Shown: positions 34,662-48,081 of the stretch, piece after piece
Layout: every line of letters starts with the position of its first letter
Position numbering within the stretch: the stretch's first letter is position 1
From: Phoronis australis
Taxonomy: Eukaryota; Animalia; Phoronida
DNA length: 64,000 nt
Assembly (NCBI GenBank): GCA_002633005.1
Contig: NMRA01000055.1
Coordinates: 454,924 to 518,923, forward strand
Direction: 5' to 3'
Program-made: the position numbers and the translations under genes
Notes under the pieces: model-generated
Databases searched by the model: none
Told to the model about the DNA's origin: nothing
Seen by the model: only the letters and a program-made list of their open reading frames with translations

Positions 34662-37600
34662 GTGAGTAACACATGAGGTTGATATTGTTATCTCGTAAGA
34701 TAGAAAAGAAACCTTTTTAACTTCCGGTGCCACGCCAAGCACATATGATGACGTCAGCATTAAAACACATCACTTCAGGCGTGCGTTCAGTAGACGCTAG
34801 GACCTACGCTAGGACCTAGCTAAAGCCTAGTCAAAGTCACGTGTTCTCATTTAAAATGCACGGCAATATCTCACGTAATCTCGAGCAGTCTTGCTTTTTA
34901 GCGAGGTCCTAGTGTTACTGAACGGGAGGCGGGTCTAGAGGCACTTCCGGTTACACACATATAATGTCTTCCGGTTTAATAATGACGTCACTTTGATCAA
35001 TCGTCCGAATGATCGATGACGTCGCTTTCGGGTCTATTTAACCTACTTAACGTTGACCCTTGACCTCCATTTCACATGTGATTTTTGTTTTATCTCCCTT
35101 CTGTTCGTACGGCATGTGAACGATGTGTAATGATAATGAACTATTGCAAAACAAGCAAAATAGTTAGACTATTAATATTTTGTGAAACAGACAAACACAA
35201 ATAGTTAGACTATTAATATTTTGTGAAACAGACAAACACAAATAGTTAGACTATTAATATTTTGTGAAACAGAAAAGTACCAACTTCACGTCTTTGCACA
35301 TTCACAAGTCATAATGGATGTTCATTCTTCTGTGTTTGGCAGTTAACACTTTGTTGCTGGTGAATAAATCAGCTTAACGTGGTTATTATGCCAGACGTAA
35401 CTAGGTGCCACCAAGATATAAACGCATTTTTGATTTAAAACGTTAAAATTCAAACCAAAGCAACAACACAAGTCTGTTTACGATGTTCACGAATGAAGGT
35501 GTACCAAAAATGTACTCACACTTCGAATAATAATTTGATTGCTTATTTACGTAATTCATAAAGCGAAATTTGTTAATCCAAAGTAAATGCTTCGTTTAAT
35601 AATTTGTGAAGAAGATTTATAATGTTTGTACTTCCGTGACGTACTTTTCAGTTTCCGTGATAAAATTTCTTTCTCTCAAATCGAGTGTTTTTTTCCATTC
35701 CCGTGCATACAGAGCACGTGCTTACAGTCACAATAAGCAATAGTCGTACAGAAGGCCCCTGGCGCACAGTCAGATCCGCGAGAACCTAGTTTGAAGTCTC
35801 AGTGTGGCAGTGAAGTATTTGAGACACCCTGTATATACCATACACAACGTATTTCCTACAGAGTAATTTTTCATACATTTTAGGATAATCTGACTAAAGA
35901 TTTCGACCCATCCTGGGAAATAGAGTACAAGTGTTTGGGAGAAAGGTTCAAACCTAACAGTCCGGTAGGTATCCCTGAAATAGAAGTTGCAGTGCGTAGT
36001 CAGCCAGTTGGGACTGCAAAGTTTACAAAGTGGCACTGACGGCTTAACACTGGAAACAAACCTTATTAATTTTTAGCATGTTGGCAAATACCAACGATGA
36101 CAAAATAATTTGAATCTTTGAAACAATGCTTTATGACCAGTCTCAATCCTACATGGCTCAGGAAACACGTTATGTAAAGCTGCTCAGAGTCCGTTGAATG
36201 GGCAAAACTGACTAATGATAAGTGCGGAAAGATTGGACCGCATAAATTATTTTGTAATAGAAAGTTACATTACCTATGGAAAGGCATGCCTTCGTTCATA
36301 TTTGCAGAATCACTGAGAGGCCTTCGAAGTCACAGCACCGTTAGGACTACCAGGCTCGAAATCACCGCTATGATTTAAGAAAATTTAAGATAAATCCCAT
36401 GACGAGATCTCAATATCACTCCTGAACATTCAAAATCGTTTGGTCTCCGAAATTTCACATTTGTAAACAATTCATTAATTTAACCAGTAAATCAGGACTT
36501 AATTGTTACTTAACTCTTTTACAGGCAAAAGCAGTTTCAATTTGTCAGCCGCGACTGGAAGAGGTATGAGTTGCTTAATTCAAACTATCGTTGTTTGAAA
36601 TAGATTTTCATATATTTATTTCAAGTATAAAGTTAAAAGTACTTCAGGATGTTTCGGGATCTTCAGTCTTGAGGGTCTACTATAACGTCAGGATGGTTAG
36701 ATATTGTCGTCGGCCAGAGGTGCAGACGGTAAGATCTTTGTAAAGCTTACGCAAGTGGTATTGAATTCCAAAAGCTACCGTCACACCTATTCGGAATTTG
36801 CAAGAATTCAGCATAACTGTCCCGAATAAATTTCGTTTTTCAAAATTCGAGCTATTTTCCTGCTGACTCTTCAAATCGGAGTATATTCTTATTGGTTTGT
36901 AATACTGCCGTTCGACTACATTGCGCTAAACGAATGATTCGTGAGTATTTACGGTGTATTTAACTATCGAATGCACTTCATACAGAGTTGGAAAACGGTA
37001 CAATTATATAGGATGTAGTAAAAATGTTCTAATGACTACCAAAAGAATGCACTTCGAATGCTATGGGAAAGCGGCCTGATTGTTGCCCGAGTGCCAGTCG
37101 AAGGCTAGTTGTAAGGCGTCGTGAATTCTGCTCCCTGTCACTCAAGGTGTACTGGAAAGGCTTCTGGAGAAGCTTTCTGATATATTACGAGAGAAAAACA
37201 TCAATAAACGAAGAATGGCTAGCAAGACGAGAGAAGAAGGTAGCACGGACATTACAGCAGACTTATGGAGAGTCTCAGAATCTTTTTTCACATATCTAAG
37301 AAGAGACCCTACAATTTCTGCTGAGTTAGTGCCAAGGGTAGGACCAAGGATAAAGAAACAGGATACTGCTACACAGACACTACCTCAAGTCATTTCTTTG
37401 AGATTCCTGGCTCCAAGAGACAAGTATCTCACTCATATGTGAAACTTTTGCGTGGCACGGAACTCTATCAGCCTCATCATCCATGACGTCAGCCAAGCTG
37501 TTATTGAAGAGTACAAGGATGGGACTACTACCTTCATCAGTACTCTAGAGGAACGGGAACTCGTTGAGGAGGTCTTCAAAAACAGATGGAGCGTTTACCA

Positions 37601-40600
37601 TTCCGTGGGGCTCTAGATATAACACATATGACCACCAGGAAACCTGCCAAGAACTGGTCCTCGTGCTACAACTACAACGTCATATCCACTGTGGTGCTGA
37701 TAGTCCTTGTTGATTGAAACTAAACCGAGTTTGTAGATGGTGCTCAGATATCAAAAACTGTCTGTGTTGATGTGAACATTGGATTTCATGAGCCACAACC
37801 TACTTCCCAATATGAAGGTACATCAGCAGCCGGTCGCGCTTTTATGTGATGCATTGGTCTTTACACTAATCCCGGACTCAGTATTTGAAGGCCATCAGAA
37901 CGCTCCGATAGCATAAAAACTTATTAGACAATCGTACACCAAACCAATCCGCACGAACCACTGAATTATACGTACGAACCACATTCTAATCTTTGATATT
38001 GATTATACCGCTGAAGATCGGTAGATAGTGATGATTCGTTGATCGCGCGGACGATTTGTGTTTGCAAATACGCATCAACGGATTTGTGGGGGTAACTGGG
38101 TAGAATTGTGGATGTTCAGCCTCCGTGTCTATAGGTAGAATATGCGTATTGTTCAATGTACGTGTGTATGATTGCTTAGTAACCTCGAACTTGGTTACGG
38201 ACTAACACTGTCTGCTCCTCGGTTGACATTGTTAAACCGAATATCGATATTTTCTTAACGTTTACTTCTTTCTTCCAGATAATGCATGTTTGCATGGAGT
38301 ATGAAATATTTTATGCAGAAATGCCGCCATTAAGGTAACTTGGATCAAAATTTTTTTTCAACACTTTTCAGTCCGTGACCACACCACTAAACTTTATTTG
38401 AGACTCGACCAGATAACTTCGTGAAACGCGCGCCACTCTTCAAGTACATTTTTTTAATTTCACGCGCTATGCCTAGATTTCGACTAGTCATGTCAGCACT
38501 GTTTAAGGCAATAATAAAACTGCTTTGTTGATGGAGGTTATGTTGTTTATAATCATCCAAAAATGCCTACTTTAGTTTATACCCTCTTTCAGAGATAAGT
38601 CGAAGTAAGTGCTCACTTTTAAGATTCCTTAAAGTCAAAATGCATGAAAACTACTATACTCTAACGGACACGTTTTCATTTTAATTGTTTTGCCAAACAA
38701 TGATGTCTTTTATGTCTCGAATTAGTAATAGTATTATAACATTTTCATACGCTTACGCATTCGCGTTCACTAGCTTTTCGGACTATTTATAGCGGACCTC
38801 ACCGCCATGTTTGGCCCGAGTTCGGCGAATACTCGTACCTACCGCCCCAACGCTGGGTACACGGAATAGAGGTAAGAAGCGATGATCTGTTCTTATCCTG
38901 ATGCAGTTTTCAACGACAAATGTGCAACTTGAAACCCAAAAGCGCTAGGGTTGTGGAAATAATAGTAATACCATTTGCCATGTCTTGAAAGTCATCCACG
39001 CTACTTCCAAGAAACTTTCTGGAAATGTTAGGTGTGGTAAAATGCACATGTAAATGTTCAACGTCGAGTGCATTTTTATTATTTATCACTCATTCGTGTA
39101 AGACCTTTTGGTCATATCAAATGTTTGTAACTATAGTCATCGCACATAAAATAATGCCAGCTCTTAGCCAGATAGTCAATAGAAAGTTAATTAACAAAAA
39201 CAAGACGCTGTGCTTCGTATTACGACGTTTCGACATTACTTCCCATCACAGTGCATAATACATTAATGGACATCCAACCTCTATCACTGCTCTAGCTTGT
39301 ATGTCCCAATAATGGATTGTTGAACTGCCTCGTCTTCGTATATATGCTATAGCATCAGTGTAGTGACTGTATTACTTACACCTGATGATGATATTCAGAA
39401 ATATTGAAACGTCGTAATATGAAGCCCAACGTCTTGTTTTTTTGTTATTTAGCTATCTATAAATATTTATCAGTTTGACTAAAAAGGTAATTCAAGTTGA
39501 TTTCATGAGGTCATGATAATTATTTTGAGTAAAATATCTGTTGTCGTTGGTTCGAAATGCGCGAGATATGTTCAATCATTACCTGATGTAGTGCACAACG
39601 CTCAGTTTGCATCACAACCAGGGGCGGATCCAGGATTTTGAGTTAGAGGGGGGGCAGGGCACAGGAATAACCAGAATTTGGGCAGATGCGCGCGCCCAGT
39701 CTAAAATGTGGGGATGCTGGGGTCTAGAATATTTGGGTTTGCGGACCTGTTGACTAAAAAAAGGTGAACGGGGCTTGTTAAGGGCCTATGCATTGATTAT
39801 TCACCCCCCCCCTGAGCCCCCCTGGATGCGCGCATGTGCTCTAGTCAGCAATTCGCACCCGAAATCCCAAATGGTATCTGGTAGAATTTTAGGGTGGGGT
39901 GCAGGCATGGCCCCCTTTCCCCCCTAAATCCGCCACTGATAACCCAGTAGAATTGTTTTTCTTGATACCAGCCCGACATGAAATGCCACAAATTAATTAA
40001 GTGATTTCTCACGTGAATCTAGAGAAAGGTGGGCGGAGGAAGTGACGTAACACGCCAGGGGTCTGTTTCATGAAAATGGCCTGAAGAGTTAAGACCGAAA
40101 TTTGGTCTTACACTTCACACAATTACTTTTGATGAAAAAGTTAAAATCTTACTTGTGTTCAAGTCCAAAGTCTCTGAGACCATACACATTAATTACTAGT
40201 TACCGAGATAATTTCTATAAACTATTTCTAGACTCTGATACACTCATAATTATTTGGCTAAACCTTTTTCAGCAAGTGTGTAGTGAAAGCATAAGACCAA
40301 ATTCCAGTCTTAAGTTTTAATCACTTTCATGGAAAAGACCCCTAGCTGTGCCCTGTTGCATGAAACAGTCCCAAATAGGGACTCAACTAAGTTCCCTAAA
40401 TCTTTTTCGTATTTGTTTCGTTCTTTAGGCACAGATGAAGTATTTTTTTCTATCAGTTTATGTTCGTTATAAGCTCTTCTTTGACTAATGGCATTTTTAA
40501 TTATAACTTATAACTAAGCCCTTAATTCAGTCAAGACAATTTGGGACTTACTCCTTAAATTAGGGGCGCTGCATGGAAAAATCCCGTCTTACTTTCAATA

Positions 40601-43600
40601 ATATTGAGAATACAATGTAGAGTTCACTCTCGATTTGTATCAAAGCCAAAAATCAACTTAGTAATGAGACTCAAACAACATAACAAAGGTAAAGACCACA
40701 AAATTCGTCAATCGTAAAGGCCCTTTTGCGGAAATATCCCTCCATGAAAGCAACATATTTTCCACAATTCTGCGAACGAGTTGAAATTTCGGTCAAACTT
40801 GTGCAAACCACAAGCACATGCTTTTACAGACAAAGAGCGCGTTTCTGTGTATTAAATTTATTCGAAAGCAACACACATGTCGACCTCTTACAGATATTGC
40901 CGCCACCAACAGTCAGCTTCTCATAGCTTGTTTCAGAGGGTTTTAACAAAATGGCGCCTTTGTTCTATTAGGTCACTTTCTATATCTACAACTTTACTTC
41001 TGTCCACAGCACGGAGCCACAGCCCTTCTCTATCATCCATGCGCCGATCCCGGAGAGGTAGATTCTTTACGCCAGCTCCTTGTCGGTTGTAAGCGACGCC
41101 ACATCATCACGCCGTACCGAAACCTCACAAGAGAAAGGGTTATTATGATTATTATGTCACTACAAATACCAATAACCGTATATTTATGTAAAAATGCAAA
41201 AATATTGGTCATGTGATTCTTGTTGTAAAACGTTTTGCTGAGAGTTTTGCTACGTATTTGATAGGTTAAATCTTGCACAAATTTCCATAGAATTGCGTCA
41301 CTGGAACTCTTATAAGCTATCATACCAACGACTGGTGGACGTCTGAGTGACGGACTCCAGAATGTGTTTCAGAATAAAACGTCATCCAGTGACTGCTGTC
41401 ACCCTGGTAACTCAGTAAAACTGAATTTGTTTACTTTTACAAACTCACAATCAGCTAAAACAGTCATTATTATCAGTTGTGATAATTGAACTTCAGTCTG
41501 ATTGTATGTCTAATTTAGCAGCATCTCTTTTTGCAAACACATATGATTAAACACACGACACGGCGTTGTCTTACACAAACTCCCCCGTATTCGAGGCAAT
41601 CTTTTTACCAGTTTGCAACAGACAACACCGCGACATGTTCATTCGGTTTTATTTCAACCTTTTCCCCAATCCTTAAAATCAGTACCACTGACATGGCTAA
41701 ACCGATCACCGAGGCTTGGGGACGGGGCTGGTTGTATTCGTACATGTTTGACAACGCTCAGTCGTTCTTGCAGCCGCTCGCTTTGGTTTCCTGGGGCTGC
41801 AAGTTGGAAATGGGAACCCCGGATTTGGAAATGGCCAAGGATTTTATCAAGGTAAATATCAGAAATTAGTTAACCAGAACACATAGTATTGCATTTCTAA
41901 TTACATCTGGTATGCCAAAACATCCAAAGGACTTTTCCTATAATGGATTTTGCGCTTTTTGAGTTTTTGTATAATAATTTTATAACTCAAAATCTAAGCA
42001 GACAACCATTTTTTGGGAAATAATTGAAATATTCTGAATTTTAAAGAAAAATTAATGTCGCTATTGGTTTCCCACCACCTGATGTCATCAGTGGAAGACG
42101 TTGATCAGTTGACAGTGTGTATATAATGTCGGATAGTAGTGATTTTGTAAGTTACTAAGACTTAGAGAACGGGACTGACGAGTATTATGAAGACACGTAT
42201 GGAGATGCGGGTAAAATCGACGCTCAGGCAATAAGTGAAACTGGTAATGAGTTAAATCTCGCCATAGCGGCAGACTGCGTGTCTGAGGTCGTACGAAATC
42301 GACTCTCCCGCACCGGCGTCTTCGGTGAGTGAAGCCAAGTCGGGGCCAACTCAGTTTTTTCATTGAATCACGATTTAATTTTGTAACCACTTTTGTGTCG
42401 ATTAATATGTGTCCCGAACTAATCGAAGTTTTTACCCTGACTGTCAACGCCCAGTCGCGAACAGCGGACACTGATTCATCTCTTCAAATGCCTTGCTCGA
42501 CCGTGTGCTGCCATACCCGTCGTGTGCTATGCACGAATATGTGCCATTTCTAAGCGATCTTAGGTTCTTTTGGAAACGCAAAAACAGAAATATTGTCTGA
42601 CCGATTGCAATCACTGCATTCCCCCATATGTAACTTTTCATAATACTCAGTCGAACTCAGTTTTCGAGACCACTGCGGCTCGCGCAGACCGGATCCACTG
42701 ATGACGTCACACAAAAAATTTAGTTTTTTTAATTTTTGCATTTATATCTTGATTAAAAGTACACAAATTGAAGAAGAAATATCATATCAAAATTGTTGGT
42801 AAACGAATTCAAATTCTTGTGACCATGTTGTGAAGGGTTTAAACAACACGTGTTTTTAAAACTTTGCATAAATGAAAGTTGGTGTTTTTTCACAGTTTTG
42901 GTGAAAATTTTCTCCCTAGTTCATTACCTTTTGACGTAACACTAAAAAGAAACGTTTTTGTGAAAAATAAACACCTCATAAAATGTTTCATCATGCCGTC
43001 ATCACCGTCTGTCAGTCTCCGTTCTCCTTCGACGTCCGCTTGGCGTCTAGTGTCCGCTGAACACCTCGTGAAATTTTGCAGACATCTCGCTGCTGTAGAT
43101 GAGTGAATTTTCGGGCGGATCCAGCCACCGCTGTGCCCCCTGGTGGCATTATGAAAATAAGCATATGTGTTTCTACTGGGAAGTGCACGACTGACGATGA
43201 TTTTCGGACAGCTAGGACTGCCCCATATTGACAATTTTGTTTTCTTGGTGTTTGGTTTAATATCTACCAATTTCCTTAATGTGTGTCCTTGAAGTCTGAA
43301 TGTGACCGATTTGGCGTACGTCGCGCCCCGTAGTGGCCTTTTAATATTTTTGTGTCTGTTCTTTGACGTCCGCCTCCCTTGCCTTCAGCCAATGCTTAGA
43401 GAATCATGACGAAATGTGGCAAGCGTGTTCCTACTGAAGAGATCGAACATTGGTGGCCTGCTTTGTATCTGATAGAAGCTATTTTTGATATTGCTATTTT
43501 TGGTGGGATTGTCTAAATAATGATCACCCCCTTGTATCTGCACTGTATGCGATGCACACAGTGGGCACATAAAAATATTTTGGGTTGCTTTTATCATTCT

Positions 43601-45501
43601 CACAAGAATTACTACAAAGTGGTCAGTTTTTGATGTATTCCACTTGTGTTTTTCCAGAGCTTTTCGTTGCCCACCGTTGACGAATATCGAACTTTGTTTG
43701 GGTGGCCGTGGGTGGCGTTCACGGAAGGACTCATCCGAAAATCTCACATCGTAGGCCATTACAGCACTGACGCTATCGTCTGCCCTGGTGACCCTGACGT
43801 AAGAAAAGATGACTAGTCTTGAAGCGGCTATAAATAAACCCGCCTTCCTATAAAATATCTATATTTGACTGGATACTATTGCAAAAAAGACCTTATTGAC
43901 TAGTCTTTGCATTCAGCCAAATATCTACTAAAGAAAGTTTTGATTTTGGATGAAAATATACGTAAAGGTCCCATAGACAATGGGGTAGGTGGGTGAAATA
44001 ACTAAACTATACTGAACAAAGGAAATATGACTGAACAAATTAGCAAATATGAGTGACCACTGAGGTGTCGAGTAGAGAAGTGTACCTATACAAAAGTAGA
44101 AGCCGTAGTATATACGTAGGAATTAGTAATGTAATATAAACCCTATGGGTTGATATAAAAATAAAAGTGACAAAAAAAATAGCTATGCATTTTAAATGTA
44201 ACATAATTCCAATCTTCCATTAATGAGGTCATGTGACTATGTCTTTGAAGTAAAATTTAGCAAAGAAGAATTGTGCATTCATACCAAAACCGCGTTGTCG
44301 GCAACATAACCAAATTTCGTTTGCTAAGCATAGTCAAGATGAAATCTCAAAAACACTGTTACAGTTTTCTAAATTATCTAATCGTTTCCGTTTTATGCAA
44401 CTTTAATTTTTTCAGAGTCCTATTGTTTGATAACCTCTCACTTAAAGCGTTGTGGCAAAAAGTGCCCGAAGGATGGTGTCTGAATGTTTGAGATGAATTC
44501 GATCGGCCAATTCTGAAAAGGCCTGAAGATGTCCAAATTTTTGGCAGTTTTGTTGGGACACATGTAACTTTAAAACGGCAGGCAAAACAAGAAATGCCCA
44601 ACATGACAAGAAGATTGTAATTTTTGAAGTTTTTGTTTCGTTGGTACTCAGTACTTGTTTGAGTCACAGTTGCATATACGTAACATTGTGTTACTCCTCG
44701 GTACAATTTGCGTAATCACTTTCGTTAAAATTTGTCACTTCCTAGGATAGCTGGACATTTTCAATTTTGCGTCGCATGTTAAGGCTACGAATGGCGTTTG
44801 TTTGATTTTTGAGTCTATCCTGTTTGAAAGAATGCTAGTTGTCGACGCCTTGATTCACTTTTGCTTAGTAGTGGCTTTTTAAAACCTTTGTAGTTAGTCA
44901 GCAAGAAGTTGAAATATAGCAGGAGATTCAGGTACATTTCAGACACTTTGGATATGTGAAAGGGTGAGTAGTCGACACACGCTTTCCACATGAATTCTCG
45001 TCGGGCGCACGACGAGGTTTGAGAAGCCGTAGACGTACATGTATAGTGTATTTACGTCTGCCTGGGCAGATAAGGTACTATTGCATGTGAGATCTAACTG
45101 CCGATGTAGGAAGCACTATGATGGAAGGCGAAATTTTACTTTGACATTTCGTAAGCTCCGATGTGATACTTCACGATTTTCAAGGTTTCCATCATACCGT
45201 TAGAACAGCTTTGAAACTTGATAAAAGTTGGTGTTGGCGTCAAGGTCAGAACCCTGCAAAATCCATTAAACGACAGTTCTTCTCTGTCGGAAGATGGTGA
45301 TATTTTACTGTGCTTAGATTCGCCCATGGTCAGTTCACTTTAGTGGTAAAACGTTCGTCTACCTTATTATCTTCCATTATTTTACAGGTCAGTCGCGAGT
45401 TTCCAATTGAAGACGAGTATCATTACAAGCGAAAGGATCATGCGAAGAAACAAAAAAGTGTTGCAACAAAGTTATGGGAGATCTTAGGATTAGCAGAATA
45501 A
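34543..45501 (+). CDS. DUF3105-domain (TP53I13-like) putative secreted protein, at least 9 coding exons; ATG exon not located
   Basis: Exons 34543-34661, 35884-35964, 36525-36563, 38279-38334, 38793-38871, 41010-41138, 41774-41851, 43658-43798, 45388-45501, all AG/GT with matching phases. Translation gives CDTGK-DNL..D, HVCM..I.Y...[60 protein letters not shown]. Confidence 0.88.
34787..34924. mobile_element. Small foldback MITE-like element
   Basis: IR cgttcagtagacgctaggacct / aggtcctagtgttactgaacg. Confidence 0.45.
35158..35272. repeat. 41-bp minisatellite x~2.8
   Basis: aaatagttagactattaatattttgtgaaacagacaaacac. Confidence 0.9.
35884..35964 (+). CDS. DUF3105 gene exon (DNLTKDFDPSWEIEYKCLGERFKPNSP)
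   Basis: tag/gtaggt, phase 0-0. Confidence 0.8.
36525..36563 (+). CDS. DUF3105 gene 39-nt exon (AKAVSICQPRLEE)
   Basis: cag/gtatga, phase 0-0. Confidence 0.7.
37200..37715 (+). pseudogene. PIF/Harbinger transposase relic (HARBI1-like)
   Basis: RVGPRIKKQDT, LRFLA..DKY, F.VARNSIS.II.DV..A...EY, RW...H.VGALD..H...KP, YNY, VVL..LVD. Confidence 0.85.
38279..38334 (+). CDS. DUF3105 gene exon (IMHVCMEYEIFYAEMPPL)
   Basis: Strong polypyrimidine tract, cag/gtaact. Confidence 0.85.
38793..38871 (+). CDS. DUF3105 gene exon ([27 protein letters not shown])
   Basis: Signature SGPH / HxxEHG motifs, tag/gtaaga. Confidence 0.92.
39164..39482 (+). mobile_element. Non-coding Penelope-like remnant with inverted terminal copy
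   Basis: Diverged IR ~39164-39237 / 39401-39482 adjoining a hammerhead motif. Confidence 0.55.
39376..39417 (+). ncRNA. Minimal type I hammerhead ribozyme-like motif
   Basis: ttac-ac-CTGATGA-t-[gatatt caga aatatt]-GAAA-cGTC-gtaa. Confidence 0.55.
39619..39938 (+). mobile_element. CAGGGGCGGATCC-type (hAT-like) MITE
   Basis: caggggcggatccagg ... cctaaatccgccactg termini, G/C runs. Confidence 0.6.
40058..40342. mobile_element. Harbinger-type MITE
   Basis: TIR ggggtctgtttcatgaaa / tttcatggaaaagacccc. Confidence 0.6.
40347..40585. mobile_element. MITE, related copy at ~781-955
   Basis: Ends ttgcatgaaacagtccc.. and ..taaattagggg..gcatggaaaa resemble 791-807 and 911-954. Confidence 0.45.
41010..41138 (+). 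CDS. DUF3105 gene exon ([11 protein letters not shown]...[15 protein letters not shown])
   Basis: cag/gttatt, phase 0-0. Confidence 0.9.
41774..41851 (+). CDS. DUF3105 gene exon ([13 protein letters not shown]...DFIK)
   Basis: cag/gtaaat, conserved PLAL..WG. Confidence 0.9.
41870..42842. mobile_element. Second, older THAP-bearing Kolobok-like deletion derivative (boundaries approximate)
   Basis: Minus-strand C..C...ISVFAFPKEPKIA*KWHIFV..TR..W (42490-42641); convergent acidic ORF remnant; inner IR 42080-95 / 42694-709. Confidence 0.5.
43658..43798 (+). CDS. DUF3105 gene exon (SFSLPTVDEY...IVGHYSTDAIVCPGDPD)
   Basis: cag/gtaaga, open 47 codons, D..xCP motif. Confidence 0.72.
45388..45501 (+). 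CDS. Probable terminal exon of DUF3105 gene (VSREFPIEDEY...LAE*)
   Basis: ttttacag acceptor, phase 0, open to TAA; no homology support. Confidence 0.5.
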   Translation, partial: VSREFPIEDEYHYKRKDHAKKQKSVATKLWEILGLAE

Positions 45502-48047
45502 AGTATTCCATTCCGTAAAAAGTTTGTAACTTATTTATACCAGTACCTTTCCATTTAAAATAATGCCAGATGAGACAATATACTGATAACTATTAACCAA
45601 AATTTGTTCTACATATTGGTGGAAATTGACTACATAAGTGTGACACTTAGCCAGTTGCGATTTATTAAGTGTCACGCAGCAACTCTCTTTCACGTTCATG
45701 TTTAGAAGTGCCGCAATATCGTTGTACTTGATGACGCCGGTTCAACTTCCGCATTAGTGAAAGTTCGACTTCCTGTGTATCTCGGTGGTTACGCCATTGC
45801 AATTTCAACTGCAATAAACCATCTCTCGGTCAGCAGAACTGTCTTTTGGTTTAGACCACCAATCCATATAAAATTGGTCTCAAGTTAAAGGTGATTTTGG
45901 GCTTAGAAGGAATTGACATGTCGTTATAGCTTGAGTTTGGGCAAATTTTTTTGTTTTTTTAAGGCAGATCGTGTTTTACCACTGCGTTTTAATAAACATT
46001 TTGTCCTTTCCAAGCCCACAAACCATCACCTGAAACTGTGACTGATCACTGTTCGTGGGATTGCCAATCTCAAAATTGCAAATTAACATGATTAATACAA
46101 GCACTCTATCGCTTTAAGTACCAATTTCACGAGAGCACCAAAAGGTCGATCCGAGGATCACCGACTCATATCTTAGAAAAACCCGAGTGTTCATACGTCC
46201 TGGTGAGATATATTCAAAATGTTTATTTCATTTTTGGACCATTATTTTTTTAAGTTTGAGCATCATGGATATTTTGGCCCAAACTAGCCCATTTTTGGAT
46301 CACAGAGTTTCAGCAAGTAAAGTAGTTTTTAAAAAAACTGTTTATAAATTATATACCATTATATTTTACAGTGAAATTTAGTGAGACATATCTTTACCTA
46401 CTACTTTGTGTCATTTAACAGTTTTCAAAAGAATTTAGACACACAGGTGTTACTTGGCCTTACACTTTGGTAAAGATATTTGACATTGTTTTGAAATCGT
46501 TTTTTGTTTGAAAGTCAGTTGTTCTTTAATGTTTGATGATGTGTCGCAATAGGATACATATTATTCTACATAAGACATTTGTTGATTTCGACATGTCACC
46601 CGTTCGGCAGTTGCTCAAAATGGATGTTAATTATGATAAACGTAACGATTAATTCATAGACTACACCCAACAAAATGGTTTATCTTACCATGCCTTCCAC
46701 GTATGCAAACCACGAAACGCAGGACGAAATGACCAATTTTGTCACATATTTCCGTTTATGCGTCCACCAGCCCCTACCGTAAGACTTGCACTGCATTTCA
46801 TCTGAAGTAATATATGAAACTAAAAGAGATGCTATTGCCATTCGTTCGCAAATTCGCGACAATTCTTTAAATTTGTTCGTCCACTTACGACGATGAAACA
46901 GCGGAGGTGGTGCGGTCACCGACTTCGGGATCCGTCTTCTTATCCTACTCTGTCACCCAAAACGGCCGGAGTACATGCGGCCACTGGCTCGAACCTATTT
47001 GCCCACGGGCCGTTTGCGTTCCCAAGAGCCCGACAGTTCTTCATTCCATTTCTCCAAGTAGCGGTCCTCACACTGCTTTTGTATAATTTTGTCCACCCTG
47101 ATGTTGGAGTTGCGACTAATTCACGTTAATAGTGCATGTGAACTTTTGGAAACTCTGTTATTGCTATAAGCACTTGTGTCGCTAGGGGGGCCCAGGGCAC
47201 TGCTGTGCCTAGGGGCTATAATATTGTTAAGACGGCCCCCGACAGAGAGGTCCAGGCGTAAGCAGTCTCAGCTATGACCGAACCTAGGATTTTACCAGCA
47301 CAATGTCCACCAAGCGGTTTGAGGAGGAAGTGTTTTAAAGTGTGTACATGGACTACAGTACCGTCTTCTGATAACTACAGGGTTTCATTTTTGATAAGGG
47401 CGTTGCCTTTGCAAGCACGTGCCTGCGATTATCTTGGCAGTGACCAAGAGTACGGCCTTTTTGGGTCTCATTTGGCGCGTTGGAATTTTCTACGCAACTG
47501 CGTACGTCGTAGTGCATAATATAATTGAAACATCTGGCAGTGCGCCAAATATAAAACCTATCACATGCTGCGAGCCAATATGGAACCCAAACACCCGAAC
47601 GAAAGGTCACTAAAACATACACGAATGTTTTGAAAGTTAATGATTATATTTCAGGTGGCACAAACAAAGTCACGGTTGCATTCAAGTTGTTTTTTCTGCA
47701 AATTAACCCATAAACATTTGTTCAAACTGGCACAACAATTTCTGTAAAATACAATCTGACACGCATTATCATATTACAAACACTGAAATAAATTCACTAA
47801 TTCGATCAGTTAGCTGTGACCAAGGTTCGTGAACCACATTCGTTCCTCAGACTTGGGCTCACGTCCAGTTGCTTGCATTAACATCTAACACATCGAGTTT
47901 GTAAAGCAAGCTACAATTGCATTCTTCTACTAATCAGGGTTTGCTTCCTGCAGCTCCACCGCTCCGTGTCCCCGCTCAATAAGCCTGAAAACACCCTTTA
48001 TCTGTGACTTATTGTATATCCACTGTACCACGCTTCCGGACATCTGA

Positions 48048-48075
48048 ATGTTGTTGTTGTTGTTGTTGTTGTTGT
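48048..48075. repeat. (TGT)n microsatellite at start of SLC38-like 3' UTR
   Basis: Directly visible just downstream of the stop codon. Confidence 0.9.
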
Positions 48076-48081
48076 GACCGA

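Noticed and set aside
46893-47130. Possible LINE C-terminal remnant (EDRYLEKWNEEL)
   Set aside because: Too short and degraded to support a call.
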